64,000 bases of DNA from an uncultured Acidobacteriota bacterium (lineage in GTDB: Bacteria; Acidobacteriota; Thermoanaerobaculia; Multivoradales; SZUA-115), in NCBI GenBank assembly GCA_963805975.1, contig CAWDVR010000001.1, positions 32,001 through 96,000 on the forward strand, read 5' to 3'. Positions 52,437 through 60,962 of the stretch are shown here, one piece after another (positions within the stretch are counted from its first letter, which is position 1; every line of letters begins with the position of its first letter). The translations under genes and the position numbers were made by a program. The notes under the pieces are model-generated. The model saw only the letters and a list, made by a program, of their open reading frames with translations. It was not told the origin of the DNA and made no database searches.

Positions 52437-53537
52437 ATGACCAGAACGCCGGCTCGATCTAGCCATGCAGCTCTTTGTTTGCTCTTCGCGGCCGGTGCAT
52501 TGCCGGCCGTCGCTCAGTCATACGTTCGTACCGTCGTCGTCTCACCCGTGCCCGGCGATTCGCTGGCGAGTGGCCAGGCGCTCCTCGCCGCAGTGTCGGC
52601 GATTCCCGGCCCCACCAGCGCCGATCCCTGGCTGGTGAAGGTGGAGCCCGGCATCTACGACCTCGGTGAGAGCTCTCTCCTGCTGCGCGAGTGGGTGGAC
52701 GTCGAGGGCTCGCGCAACACCGTGATCCGCGGCCACGGCCGCGACGACATCTACGGCGGCACCGTGGTCGGTGCCAACGATTCGGAGCTGCGCGAGGTGA
52801 CCGTCGAGACCGACGGCATGGGCTTGGTGCCGGCCGTGGTCGGCGTCTTTCTGCCGAATGTGGGCACCCGGCTCCATCGCGTGCGGGTGGTGTCGAGGAA
52901 CGGCGTCGAGGGCTCGGACGCGATCTTCATTCGGGGCGGCTCTCCCAAGCTCACCGAGGTGGAGGTGGTGGCATCCGGGTCGGCCTTCGCATCCGGCATC
53001 GTGATCGACGAGGCCGGCTCTCCCGCCATCGCCAACAGCACGATCGAGGTGAGCGGCGCCACCTCTACGAACCGCGGCATTCTGGTGCAGGAAGCCTGTG
53101 CCGGCGGCGAGCCGCTGCTCAACAGCGTGCGCATCACGGTCCAGGGCGGCGAGAAGGCCTACGGCATCGTGGGGCGCTACAAGATCCGGCCCGAGCCCAT
53201 CGTCCTCGACTCCACCATCATCCGGGTCTCTTCCGGCAAGATGGAGAACGTCGGTGTGGTGTTCACCAAGGGCGCCGGTCTCATGCGGCTGATTGGCTGC
53301 GTGGTCGAGGCCAGCGGTGCGGGGAGCCACGGCGTGTGGACCAAGGTGGGCGGCGCGGGCGTCACGGTCACCGGCTCCGAGGTGAGCGGCGAGACCGCGA
53401 GCGTGGCGGGCATCGGCGGCGCAGGCGTGGTGTCGGTCGCCTCGTCGGTGCTGCGCGGCGGGCCGGCCGGCATCGGCACGGTCTGCGCCGGCGTGACGGA
53501 CGAGGCGTACGCGTTCTATCCCAGCACCTGCCCGTAG
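52437..53537 (+). CDS. Secreted protein, predicted right-handed beta-helix (pectin-lyase-like)
   Basis: Signal peptide; VKVEPGIYDLG...VDVEGS; repeated I.V.G...GI strands. Confidence 0.65.
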   Translation: MTRTPARSSHAALCLLFAAGALPAVAQSYVRTVVVSPVPGDSLASGQALLAAVSAIPGPTSADPWLVKVEPGIYDLGESSLLLREWVDVEGSRNTVIRGHGRDDIYGGTVVGANDSELREVTVETDGMGLVPAVVGVFLPNVGTRLHRVRVVSRNGVEGSDAIFIRGGSPKLTEVEVVASGSAFASGIVIDEAGSPAIANSTIEVSGATSTNRGILVQEACAGGEPLLNSVRITVQGGEKAYGIVGRYKIRPEPIVLDSTIIRVSSGKMENVGVVFTKGAGLMRLIGCVVEASGAGSHGVWTKVGGAGVTVTGSEVSGETASVAGIGGAGVVSVASSVLRGGPAGIGTVCAGVTDEAYAFYPSTCP

Positions 53538-53548
53538 CGTCGTAAGTC

Positions 53549-53650
53549 GTTCGGCTCGCGTACACCAGGGCCGCCTCGGGAGGCGCTCGACGCCCCCTGC
53601 GGGTAACGCTGCGCGCCTCCTGAGGCGGCCCTGGTGTACGCGAGCCGAAC
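53549..53650. repeat. 38-bp inverted repeat between convergent genes
   Basis: GTTCGGCTCGCGTACACCAGGGCCGCCTCGGGAGGCGC (53549-53586) vs 53613-53650, one G-T mismatch. Confidence 0.85.
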
Positions 53651-53665
53651 TGCGAGCTCTCTCTC

Positions 53666-55186
53666 TCAGCGGTCGCTTACCAAGTGAGCGTTCACCAAGT
53701 AATGCCACGCCACCAGCCGGGCGCGCATCGGCACCTCGCCGGTGGGCCCCGGCTCGAGACCGGCGCGGATGCCGGCGGCGAACGGCACCGCGTCGGTCAC
53801 GAGCAGCCGATAGGCCGAGACGCGGTCCTCGCCGCCGGCCACCTCGTGCGCCGTCATGCCGGAGAGCGGGCGCACCACTTCTTCCTGGTCGAAGTAGAAG
53901 CCGCCGTTGAAGAAGTCCTCGACGCCGGTGCCGTGGATCGCCGGCTGTTCCCCGCCGTCCACGTAGATCCGCTCGTCCCCTTCGAGATAGCGGCGGCTCG
54001 GCGTAGCGACCGAGGAGAGCCGCGCCGCGAGCCCCACCCACTTGCCGGGGCCTTCGACGGCGAGAAACAGCAGGTCGTTGCCGGCAGGGGCCGGCTCGGC
54101 CGCCGTCAGCGTGGCGCCGAAGGCACCGCTGCCGGCGAGCGGCGGCCCGGCGTGGCGGCGAACGCCGAAGCCCACGATCACCGGCGCGCTCCCGGCCGGC
54201 GCCGTCGAGCGCAGCACGATCGTGGCCGAGCGCTGGAAAGGCATCGGGAAGTAGCTGTAGAGGCCCCCGGTCGAGTCCGCGCCCACCAGCAGAGAGCGGG
54301 TCGGGCGCCTGGGGTCGGCGCCCACGCCGAAGAGGTCGGTGGCGGCCAGGCGCGCCGTGGTCACGCCGTCGAAGGCGAGCTCCACCTCGGTGGTCGCCCA
54401 GGCGCTCGGCGGCAGCGCGAGCGTGAAGCGGGTGAGGACGCCCGGCCCGGCCGCGGAGTAGACGGTCCGCGAGCCGCCGGCCGGTAAGGGGAAGAGGCCC
54501 TGGCTGGACTTTCCGGCCGTCTCCGCCGGCCAGGGGTCGGCACCGGGCGGGGTCGAGAGCAGTGCTCGCCAGGCGGCCAGGTCTTCGCCGCCGGTGAAGG
54601 TCGGGACCGCAGGACCGGCGGCCAGGCGATGGAAGCCGAGCTGGAACCAGAGCCGGAGGTTCTCGGCGCCGGTGAGGGTCGCGACGCAGGAACGGCTGAA
54701 GGCGATCGGCACGTAGGAGACGTATCCGCCGCTCGAGCCGAGGCGGTCGCCGGTCAACGGTGGCGTGAACGGCGGCACGGCGCCGCTGAAGAGGTCGGGC
54801 AGAGGGAGGTCGATGCGCGGCGTCGCCTCGCCGTCGAAGTAGAAGCGGATGCGCACCCCGGGGTCGAGCGGCACGCTCGACGAGTCGCCGCTCGTCATCC
54901 AGATGCGGGTGATGGCGCCCGGCCCCTCTTCCTCGAAGATCACCCCCTCCGGCCCGATCGAGCGCAGGAAGCGCGGGTCCCCCGGCGCGTGCTTGTCGCT
55001 CCAGCAGCCCGTGGGGCAATGGCTGCTGCGCATCAGCACCCGGTCGCCCGGATGGATCATCGCCAGCGAGCGCAGATCGCGCCAAGCCTCCCAGGGGAGG
55101 GGCGAGCGCTCGACGGGTGCGGCGTGGAATTCGGTGGCGAAGGAAAGGAGTGCGAGGGCTATGAGTGGGAAGAAGCGGAGCGACAT
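53666..55186 (-). CDS. DUF2961 / GH172-like secreted glycoside hydrolase
   Basis: GPGAITRIW, IRFYFDGE, YSYFPMPF, LEGDERIYVDG, GTGVEDFFNGGFYF. Confidence 0.85.
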   Translation of the reverse strand: MSLRFFPLIALALLSFATEFHAAPVERSPLPWEAWRDLRSLAMIHPGDRVLMRSSHCPTGCWSDKHAPGDPRFLRSIGPEGVIFEEEGPGAITRIWMTSGDSSSVPLDPGVRIRFYFDGEATPRIDLPLPDLFSGAVPPFTPPLTGDRLGSSGGYVSYVPIAFSRSCVATLTGAENLRLWFQLGFHRLAAGPAVPTFTGGEDLAAWRALLSTPPGADPWPAETAGKSSQGLFPLPAGGSRTVYSAAGPGVLTRFTLALPPSAWATTEVELAFDGVTTARLAATDLFGVGADPRRPTRSLLVGADSTGGLYSYFPMPFQRSATIVLRSTAPAGSAPVIVGFGVRRHAGPPLAGSGAFGATLTAAEPAPAGNDLLFLAVEGPGKWVGLAARLSSVATPSRRYLEGDERIYVDGGEQPAIHGTGVEDFFNGGFYFDQEEVVRPLSGMTAHEVAGGEDRVSAYRLLVTDAVPFAAGIRAGLEPGPTGEVPMRARLVAWHYLVNAHLVSDR

Positions 55187-55249
55187 CCTGGGAATCTAGC
55201 AGCCTGAACAATCAGCCACGCAGATGAAGCACCACAGCATCAGCACATC

Positions 55250-55278
55250 TTGACATCGCACGGTGGGACTCCTAGGCT
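55250..55278 (+). promoter_or_regulatory. Sigma70 promoter of vapBC (leaderless)
   Basis: TTGACA 55250-55255, N17, TAGGCT 55273-55278, 6 nt, ATG. Confidence 0.8.
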
Positions 55279-55284
55279 CCGGCC

Positions 55285-55509
55285 ATGCGTACCACTTTGC
55301 AAATCGACGACGACGTGCTCGAGGCTGCCAGGAGCCTCGCCGAGGCCGAGAGGACCCATGTCGGCACGGTGCTGTCGAGGCTTGCTCGCAAGGGGCTGGC
55401 CCCCGGGAGCGCAGGTGGGACGGACCGCGGGTTCCCCGTGTTCGAGGTCCCGCCCGGCGCTCGGCCCCTGACCCTCGAAAAGGTGCGTCAGGCGCTCGAG
55501 GACGACTGA
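55285..55509 (+). CDS. vapB: VapB-type RHH antitoxin
   Basis: MRTTLQIDDDVLEAARSLA...GTVLSRLARKGL. Confidence 0.88.
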   Translation: MRTTLQIDDDVLEAARSLAEAERTHVGTVLSRLARKGLAPGSAGGTDRGFPVFEVPPGARPLTLEKVRQALEDD

Positions 55510-55961
55510 TGGTCGCGCTGCTCGACGTCAACGTGCTCGTAGCTCTGGCCTGGCCCCACCACGTCCACCATGAGCTGGCGCTTGCCTGGTTTCAAGAGAA
55601 TCAGGCCCTGGGTTGGGCCACTTGCCCCACGACCGAGAGCGGCTTCGTCCGCGTCTCCTCCAATCCGCGGGTGCTGCCGGAGGCGAGGTCGCCGCACGAG
55701 GCGGTGCTGATCCTGCGGCGGATCCGTGCGCTCCCCGCGCACGTCTTCTGGTCGGAGGAGGTCTCGATCGCCAGCCAAGAGCTCGTTGCGGCGGAACGGC
55801 TGATGAGCTACCGCCAGGTCACGGATGCTCACCTGCTCGCGGTGACCCTGCACCGCGGCGGGCGGCTCGCCACCCTCGACCGTGCGGTGCGCAATCTGGT
55901 GCCGCCCACCTTTCGTGAGCGAGAACGCGTCGTGGTGATCTCGGACAGCACCGCCCCATGA
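55509..55961 (+). CDS. vapC: VapC PIN-domain toxin
   Basis: LLDVNVLVAL, TCPTTESGFVR, QVTDAHLL, LATLD; TGATG coupling. Confidence 0.92.
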   Translation: MVALLDVNVLVALAWPHHVHHELALAWFQENQALGWATCPTTESGFVRVSSNPRVLPEARSPHEAVLILRRIRALPAHVFWSEEVSIASQELVAAERLMSYRQVTDAHLLAVTLHRGGRLATLDRAVRNLVPPTFRERERVVVISDSTAP

Positions 55962-56332
55962 CCCTCGAATCCTTCATCGCCCGCTGGACGGCGAGCGGGC
56001 AGGCCGAGCGGGCCAACAAGGACTCGTTCCTGAACGAGCTCGCCGACGCGCTGGGCGTCGAGCGGCCGCACCCCAAGACCGGCGATCCGGAGCGCGACCT
56101 CTACGTCTTCGAGAAGGACGTTCCCTGGGCGCGCGCCGAGGGCAGCTCCACCCGCTTCATCGATCTCTACAAGCACGGCTGCTTCGTGCTCGAGGCCAAG
56201 CAGGGCGCGGCCAGCGGCCCCAAGCGGCGCGACACCCCGGCCTGGAATTTGATGATGAGCGAGGCGCACGGCCAGGCGATAGAGGCTACTGAGAACCGGG
56301 TATGCCTGCAAGAGCGGTCGACCAATGCGTAG
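55958..56332 (+). pseudogene. Truncated MmeI-like type IIL restriction-modification enzyme (N-terminal nuclease domain only)
   Basis: FIARW...ERAN...FLNEL..LGV..P, YVFEK.V, FIDLYKHGCFVLEAKQG, A.GQA; homology ends near 56280 where GC falls. Confidence 0.8.
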
Positions 56333-56353
56333 CGTTCTGGCATAGTACGAACT

Positions 56354-57121
56354 ATGGCGCAAGGCTCCTCGATCGAGTGGACCGACGCAACGTGGAACCC
56401 GGTGGTGGGGTGCTCGCCAGTTTCCCCGGGGTGCCTGAACTGCTACGCCGCCCGGATGGCGCTTCGCTTGGCTAGCATGCCGAACAGCGCAGGCCGGAAG
56501 TATAAGGGAACCGTCAGACGGGCGCGTGACGGGAGAGCGGTCTTCTCTGGGCGGATCAAGTCTGCTGAAGAGTCGTTGGATCTCCCGCGGATTTGGCGTC
56601 TGCCGCGAACAATTTTCGTCAACTCGATGAGCGATCTTTTCCACGTCGCTGTACCGCTGGAGTTGATTCAACGAGTTTTCCGAGTGATGAACGAATGCTC
56701 GCGCCACAGGTTCCAGGTGCTGACCAAGCGCCCCGATATCGCCCTGGAATTCTCGGAGCACTTGGAGTGGAGCAACAACATCTGGTTAGGAACCAGTGTC
56801 GAGACGTCCAAGTACTATGGGCGCATCGAGGCACTTCGACGCACTCCGGCGCGTATCCGATTTCTTTCGTGCGAGCCGCTCCTCGGCCCACTGCGAGATC
56901 TGCCATTGGAGGGTATCCACTGGACTATTGTCGGCGGGGAGTCAGGGCCGGGTGCCAGGCCAATGAGGGAAGAGTGGGTGCGGAGCATCCACACTAGGTG
57001 CCGCGAGCATGGAGTGGCCTTCTTCTTTAAGCAGTGGGGAGGAGTCCGGAAGCGAGAGACCGGAAGGGTGCTCGATGGACGCACCTGGGATGAGATGCCG
57101 CTAATAGAGGCGAGCCACTAG
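56354..57121 (+). CDS. DUF5131 / phage Gp37-Gp68 family radical-SAM-like protein
   Basis: SIEWTDATWNPVVGCSPVSPGCLNCYA, FVNSMSDLFH, FQVLTKRP, WLGTSVE, FLSCEPLLGP, VGGESG, FFFKQWGG. Confidence 0.95.
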   Translation: MAQGSSIEWTDATWNPVVGCSPVSPGCLNCYAARMALRLASMPNSAGRKYKGTVRRARDGRAVFSGRIKSAEESLDLPRIWRLPRTIFVNSMSDLFHVAVPLELIQRVFRVMNECSRHRFQVLTKRPDIALEFSEHLEWSNNIWLGTSVETSKYYGRIEALRRTPARIRFLSCEPLLGPLRDLPLEGIHWTIVGGESGPGARPMREEWVRSIHTRCREHGVAFFFKQWGGVRKRETGRVLDGRTWDEMPLIEASH

Positions 57122-58318
57122 ATGCCACACCAGGCGGGAGTGGACTTCTTCAAGGTAAAGAGATCGTGGTCCAGGTACAAAGATTCGATCTTAGCCTACT
57201 ACCTGAAGCCTTATCTAGCCAAGGTTCGCAAGCTAGATCGGCCCATACTGCTTGTTGATCTATTTGCAGGGCCGGGAAAGTTCGAGGATGGCGAGCCAGG
57301 GTCCCCGCTAATAATGCTTGAGGCTGCTGAACCTCTTGCGGTCGCAGGCCACCCAATTCGAGTGCTACTGGTCGAGCGAGACCCAGACCTAGTTGCAAGG
57401 CTGCGCAAGAATACTGCCCCCTATGAGGGGCTCGCAGATGTTCGCCATGCGGACAGCCTCGATTTGATGGAAGAGATAGCCGCTGCCGCCGCGACGAGTA
57501 CGGTGTTCTTGTATGTTGACCCATTTACGATCGGCCGGCTCCACCTCGACCGACTCGCGGCAGTATACTCGAAGATTCGGGATGGCTCGAGCGTAGAATT
57601 ACTTTTTGTCTTCATGGTGCCGATCTTCTTGCGCTGGGCAAGAGCATGTTTGGAGGCAGAGGAGAGCAGTCAGGATGCTCTGGGAGACAGGCTCGTAGTG
57701 GATGAGGCTGGGAATTTTGATTCCATGATGGCGTACGCACTCTGGGATGCCCCGGTCGTTCGAGCCCTAAAGCGCGCAAGAACCTCCGGCGAGGAGCTAG
57801 ACGCGATTGCTGGTGGGACCTACTGGCGGGACTATGTGGAACAACCTCTTACTCCTGAGGTGTACTTGGCTTTCGCCAGACGGTACTGCGACGTGCTGCG
57901 CGGTTGGTTTCCGACGGTATGCATGTTCCCAGTCTATGCCACTGATAGTGCACGCATCCCCAAGTACTGGCTTATTTTTGGTACGAGGTATCGTCCTGCG
58001 TTAGATCTCATCAATCGTGCCACGGCCGAGGCGCGAGCGCGGGAATTTAAGACTTGGGGGGATGGAACTCTGTTCGCTGGGATGGGTGTTCAGCTACCGA
58101 CTCAGCCAGACCTGCGCCGACTGATTGCAGAACAGCTTCGTGGGACCGCTCGGACAGAATGGCGAGAGCTCCGATGGCAGATCAGTGAGCAAGAGCTGGG
58201 TTGGTTTACCGACTCCGCCATTAACGACGGCATCAAGAGACTTCTCAGCGAGGGGAGACTCCGGGGGGCTTTAGGTAAGAAGGTAGAGGAGCGGGCAGTT
58301 CTTGAGTGGGTCGTCTGA
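57122..58318 (+). CDS. tcmP: Three-Cys-motif partner protein TcmP (methyltransferase-like fold)
   Basis: WSRYKDSILAYYL, VDLFAGPG...GSP, FLYVDPF, YWLIFGT; abuts the DUF5131 gene. Confidence 0.85.
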   Translation: MPHQAGVDFFKVKRSWSRYKDSILAYYLKPYLAKVRKLDRPILLVDLFAGPGKFEDGEPGSPLIMLEAAEPLAVAGHPIRVLLVERDPDLVARLRKNTAPYEGLADVRHADSLDLMEEIAAAAATSTVFLYVDPFTIGRLHLDRLAAVYSKIRDGSSVELLFVFMVPIFLRWARACLEAEESSQDALGDRLVVDEAGNFDSMMAYALWDAPVVRALKRARTSGEELDAIAGGTYWRDYVEQPLTPEVYLAFARRYCDVLRGWFPTVCMFPVYATDSARIPKYWLIFGTRYRPALDLINRATAEARAREFKTWGDGTLFAGMGVQLPTQPDLRRLIAEQLRGTARTEWRELRWQISEQELGWFTDSAINDGIKRLLSEGRLRGALGKKVEERAVLEWVV

Positions 58319-58420
58319 CTGCCGTTTCAAGGGCCTGAAGGCCGAAGTGGCCGCTGTGGGAGCGGAGCGGTCTTGGCGACTGGTGAAGTGAGGAGTGACC
58401 GCGCGAGACCATACTTCCCA

Positions 58421-58622
58421 ATGAGCACGGCGGCCATGAGGGATCGAGTTCGTGGTGGATGAGAGCGGCGAGCGACGGGCCGTTCTCATCGACCTGAAGC
58501 GCCACTCTGACCTATGGGAAGACCTCTACGACACCTTGGTAGCGCACCAGCGGCGCGCCGAGCCGAGGGAGTCTCTGGCGGAGGTGAAGCGGAGACTCGC
58601 ACGAGGAGTGCGCTCCTCCTGA
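58421..58622 (+). pseudogene. Frameshifted orphan antitoxin-like small gene
   Basis: Frame 58440-58622 gives GIEFVVDESGERRAVLIDLKRHSDLWEDLYDTLVAHQRRAEPRESLAEVKRRL; ATGs at 58421/58436 are out of frame with it. Confidence 0.55.
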
Positions 58623-59062
58623 TGAGCACTGCAGGATCCCTCTTCGCCATCGCCGTGGCAGCCGCTCTGTTGCCCGTATGCGCCGGCGAGCTGGCTTCGC
58701 CCGGAGCGGCAGCGGAGCTGACGATCGACCCCGGCTCGCGGCCTGTTCGCGTGGTCTATCGATGGCGGGTCGAGGCTGGCCGGGAAGCGGCGTTCGTCGA
58801 GGCTTGGCGGCAGGCGACGGTGGCGATCCGTGGGGCCGCCCCGGGCGCCCTCGGCAGCGAGCTCTTCCGGTTGCGCGGGAAGCCGTCCGAGTACCTGGCG
58901 ATCGCCCGCTGGCGGACGATCGGAGCGTGGGAGGCCTTTCGTTCGACCCTCCGTGCGCCACTCGCGGGAGTGGCCGAGATGGCCGCCGCCGGCGAGCTGA
59001 TTTCCACCGAGCCGATGATCGAGGTCGCCAGCGCGCTCGGCCCGGAAGTGCCTCCCCGCTAG
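58622..59062 (+). CDS. Antibiotic-biosynthesis-monooxygenase (ABM) domain protein with signal peptide
   Basis: VVYRWRVEAGREAAFVEAW...GALGSEL...YLAIARW; TGATG coupling. Confidence 0.75.
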   Translation: MSTAGSLFAIAVAAALLPVCAGELASPGAAAELTIDPGSRPVRVVYRWRVEAGREAAFVEAWRQATVAIRGAAPGALGSELFRLRGKPSEYLAIARWRTIGAWEAFRSTLRAPLAGVAEMAAAGELISTEPMIEVASALGPEVPPR

Positions 59063-59075
59063 CGAAGCGCCTGTC

Positions 59076-59888
59076 TCAGATCCCCACGCCGGTGTAGGCC
59101 AGGCGGCCCCTCGTCCACACGGTTCGCGCCGCGAGCGCGAGCAGTGCGGACCAGCCGAGGGCGATGGCCATGCCGGCCGCCCACTCGGCGGCGCTCACGC
59201 GGCCGAGGAAGGTCATCACCGGGAAGTAGTAGAGGAAGCGGAACGGCAGGAGGTCGAGGAGCGGCTGTGCCCAGGCCGGGAAGAGGTTGAGCGGCAGGAG
59301 CTGGCCGCCGAGCAGGTGGCCGAGGAAGCGCAGCAGCACCAGGAGGGACCACACGTTGTCCGCCCAGAAGGCCACGGCCTCGAGCAGGAAGGCCAGCAGG
59401 AAGGCAAGGAGGTTGCCGGCCGCGATGGCGGCGAGCGTGCGCAGGACGGAGGCGGCGCTCACCTCGCCGGCCGCGGAGAGGTCGAGGAACAGCACCGCGG
59501 CGCCGCCGAAGAGCACGAGCTGCACCAGGGCCGCCACCAGCGTGCCCAGGTGCTCGGCGTACTTGAAGGCGAAGTAGTTGGCCGGGAACAGCAGGTAGCG
59601 GGTGAGGCCGCCGTCGTAGATGTTCTGGGCGATGGTCGACTGGCGGTCCTCGCCGCGGATCAGCTTGCCGAAGAGGATGGCGAGCACGTAGTAGAGCGTG
59701 ATGCCGGTCTGGGTGAAGCCGCCGATCACCTCGCGGCCGGACTCGCGGAAGATCGCCGCCCACAGGTAGTAGGCGACGGCGATCTCGACCACGAAGGCGG
59801 CGACGGCGGAGAGCCAGAAGTCGCCGCGGTAGCTCATCAGCTTGCGGGCCTCGACGCTCACCACGCCGAAGAAGAGGCGGGGCTTCAT
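59076..59888 (-). CDS. ABC-2 family transporter permease (DUF990)
   Basis: SYRGDFW, IGGFT, IYDGGLTRYLLFP, GGQLLPLNLFP, LPFRFLYYFP, YTGVGI. Confidence 0.9.
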   Translation of the reverse strand: MKPRLFFGVVSVEARKLMSYRGDFWLSAVAAFVVEIAVAYYLWAAIFRESGREVIGGFTQTGITLYYVLAILFGKLIRGEDRQSTIAQNIYDGGLTRYLLFPANYFAFKYAEHLGTLVAALVQLVLFGGAAVLFLDLSAAGEVSAASVLRTLAAIAAGNLLAFLLAFLLEAVAFWADNVWSLLVLLRFLGHLLGGQLLPLNLFPAWAQPLLDLLPFRFLYYFPVMTFLGRVSAAEWAAGMAIALGWSALLALAARTVWTRGRLAYTGVGI

Positions 59889-60901
59889 GGCGTGGTCGCG
59901 GCCGGCCGCTGCCGGTTCTGCAGGATGGCCTCGATCACCGAGCCGATGTCCTCCTCCTCGATCGAGAGGTCGGCCACCGGCAGCGTCTCGAGCATGCGCC
60001 CGGCCGCCTCGGTGACGCGCTCGCGCGGTACCTCGAGGCGGACCTCGTGGTCGCTCGCGGCGAGCAGGCGGCCGAGCGGCGCGAGGCTGGTCACGTCCGG
60101 GGCGGCGGCGCCGCCGGACCCGGCGTCGCGCCGCAGGTGGGCGGTGAGGATCTTGTGGCGCTGGTAGCTCTGGGCGACCTCGGCGAGCGGCCCGTCGAAC
60201 ACCAGCTCGCCGTGGCGCAGGATCAGGATGCGCGGGCAGAGGCGCTCGATGTCCTCCATGTAGTGGCTGGTGAGGATCATCGCCGGCCGGTGGTCGCGCC
60301 GGTACTGGAGGAGGAAGTCGCGGATCGCGCGCTGGGCCGTCAAGTCGAGGCCGATGGTGGGCTCGTCCAGGAAGACGACGCGCGGCGAGTGGAGGAGCGC
60401 CGCGATCAGCTCCATCTTCATGCGCTCGCCGAGCGACAGGCGGCGCACCTGCACCTTGAGCTCGTCGCCCACGCCGAGCACCTCGCAGAGGTAGGCGAGC
60501 GTCGCCCGGTAGCGGTCGGCCGGGATGCGGTAGATCTCCTTGAGCAGCAGGAAGCCGTCGCCGGCCGGCAGGTCCCACCAGAGCTGCGCCTTCTGGCCCA
60601 TGATGAGCGCGATCTGCTGGCGCAGCCGGTCGTCGCGGCGCCAGGGGTCGAAGCCCAGCACGCTCGCCGCGCCGGCCGTGGGGTGGATGATGCCGGCGAG
60701 CATCTTGACCACCGTGGTCTTGCCGGCGCCGTTGGCGCCCACCAGGCCCACGATCTCGCCGGGCTCGACCTTGAAGCTGACGTTCCGGACCGCGTGGCGC
60801 GGCACCTTCCGCCGGCGGACGAGCGAGGCCACCGAGCCCCAGAACCCCGGCTCCTTCTCGTGCACCCAGAAGGTCTTGGACAGGCCGGTCGCCTCGATCA
60901 T
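59885..60901 (-). CDS. ABC transporter ATP-binding protein
   Basis: GANGAGKTT, MGQKAQLWWDLP, LSLGERMK, FLDEPTIGLD, TSHYM. Confidence 0.95.
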   Translation of the reverse strand: MIEATGLSKTFWVHEKEPGFWGSVASLVRRRKVPRHAVRNVSFKVEPGEIVGLVGANGAGKTTVVKMLAGIIHPTAGAASVLGFDPWRRDDRLRQQIALIMGQKAQLWWDLPAGDGFLLLKEIYRIPADRYRATLAYLCEVLGVGDELKVQVRRLSLGERMKMELIAALLHSPRVVFLDEPTIGLDLTAQRAIRDFLLQYRRDHRPAMILTSHYMEDIERLCPRILILRHGELVFDGPLAEVAQSYQRHKILTAHLRRDAGSGGAAAPDVTSLAPLGRLLAASDHEVRLEVPRERVTEAAGRMLETLPVADLSIEEEDIGSVIEAILQNRQRPAATTP

Positions 60902-60907
60902 AGCCAG

Positions 60908-60934
60908 TGTCATCCTGAGCGCAGCGAAGGATCT
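60908..60934. repeat. REP-like element, second copy
   Basis: Identical to 26979-27005. Confidence 0.8.
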
Positions 60935-60962
60935 GGGCGGGCCGCCTCGGCCCGCCTCCGCG

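Noticed and set aside
56354-57121. Prophage, given the Gp37/Gp68 name
   Set aside because: No integrase, structural or replication phage genes nearby
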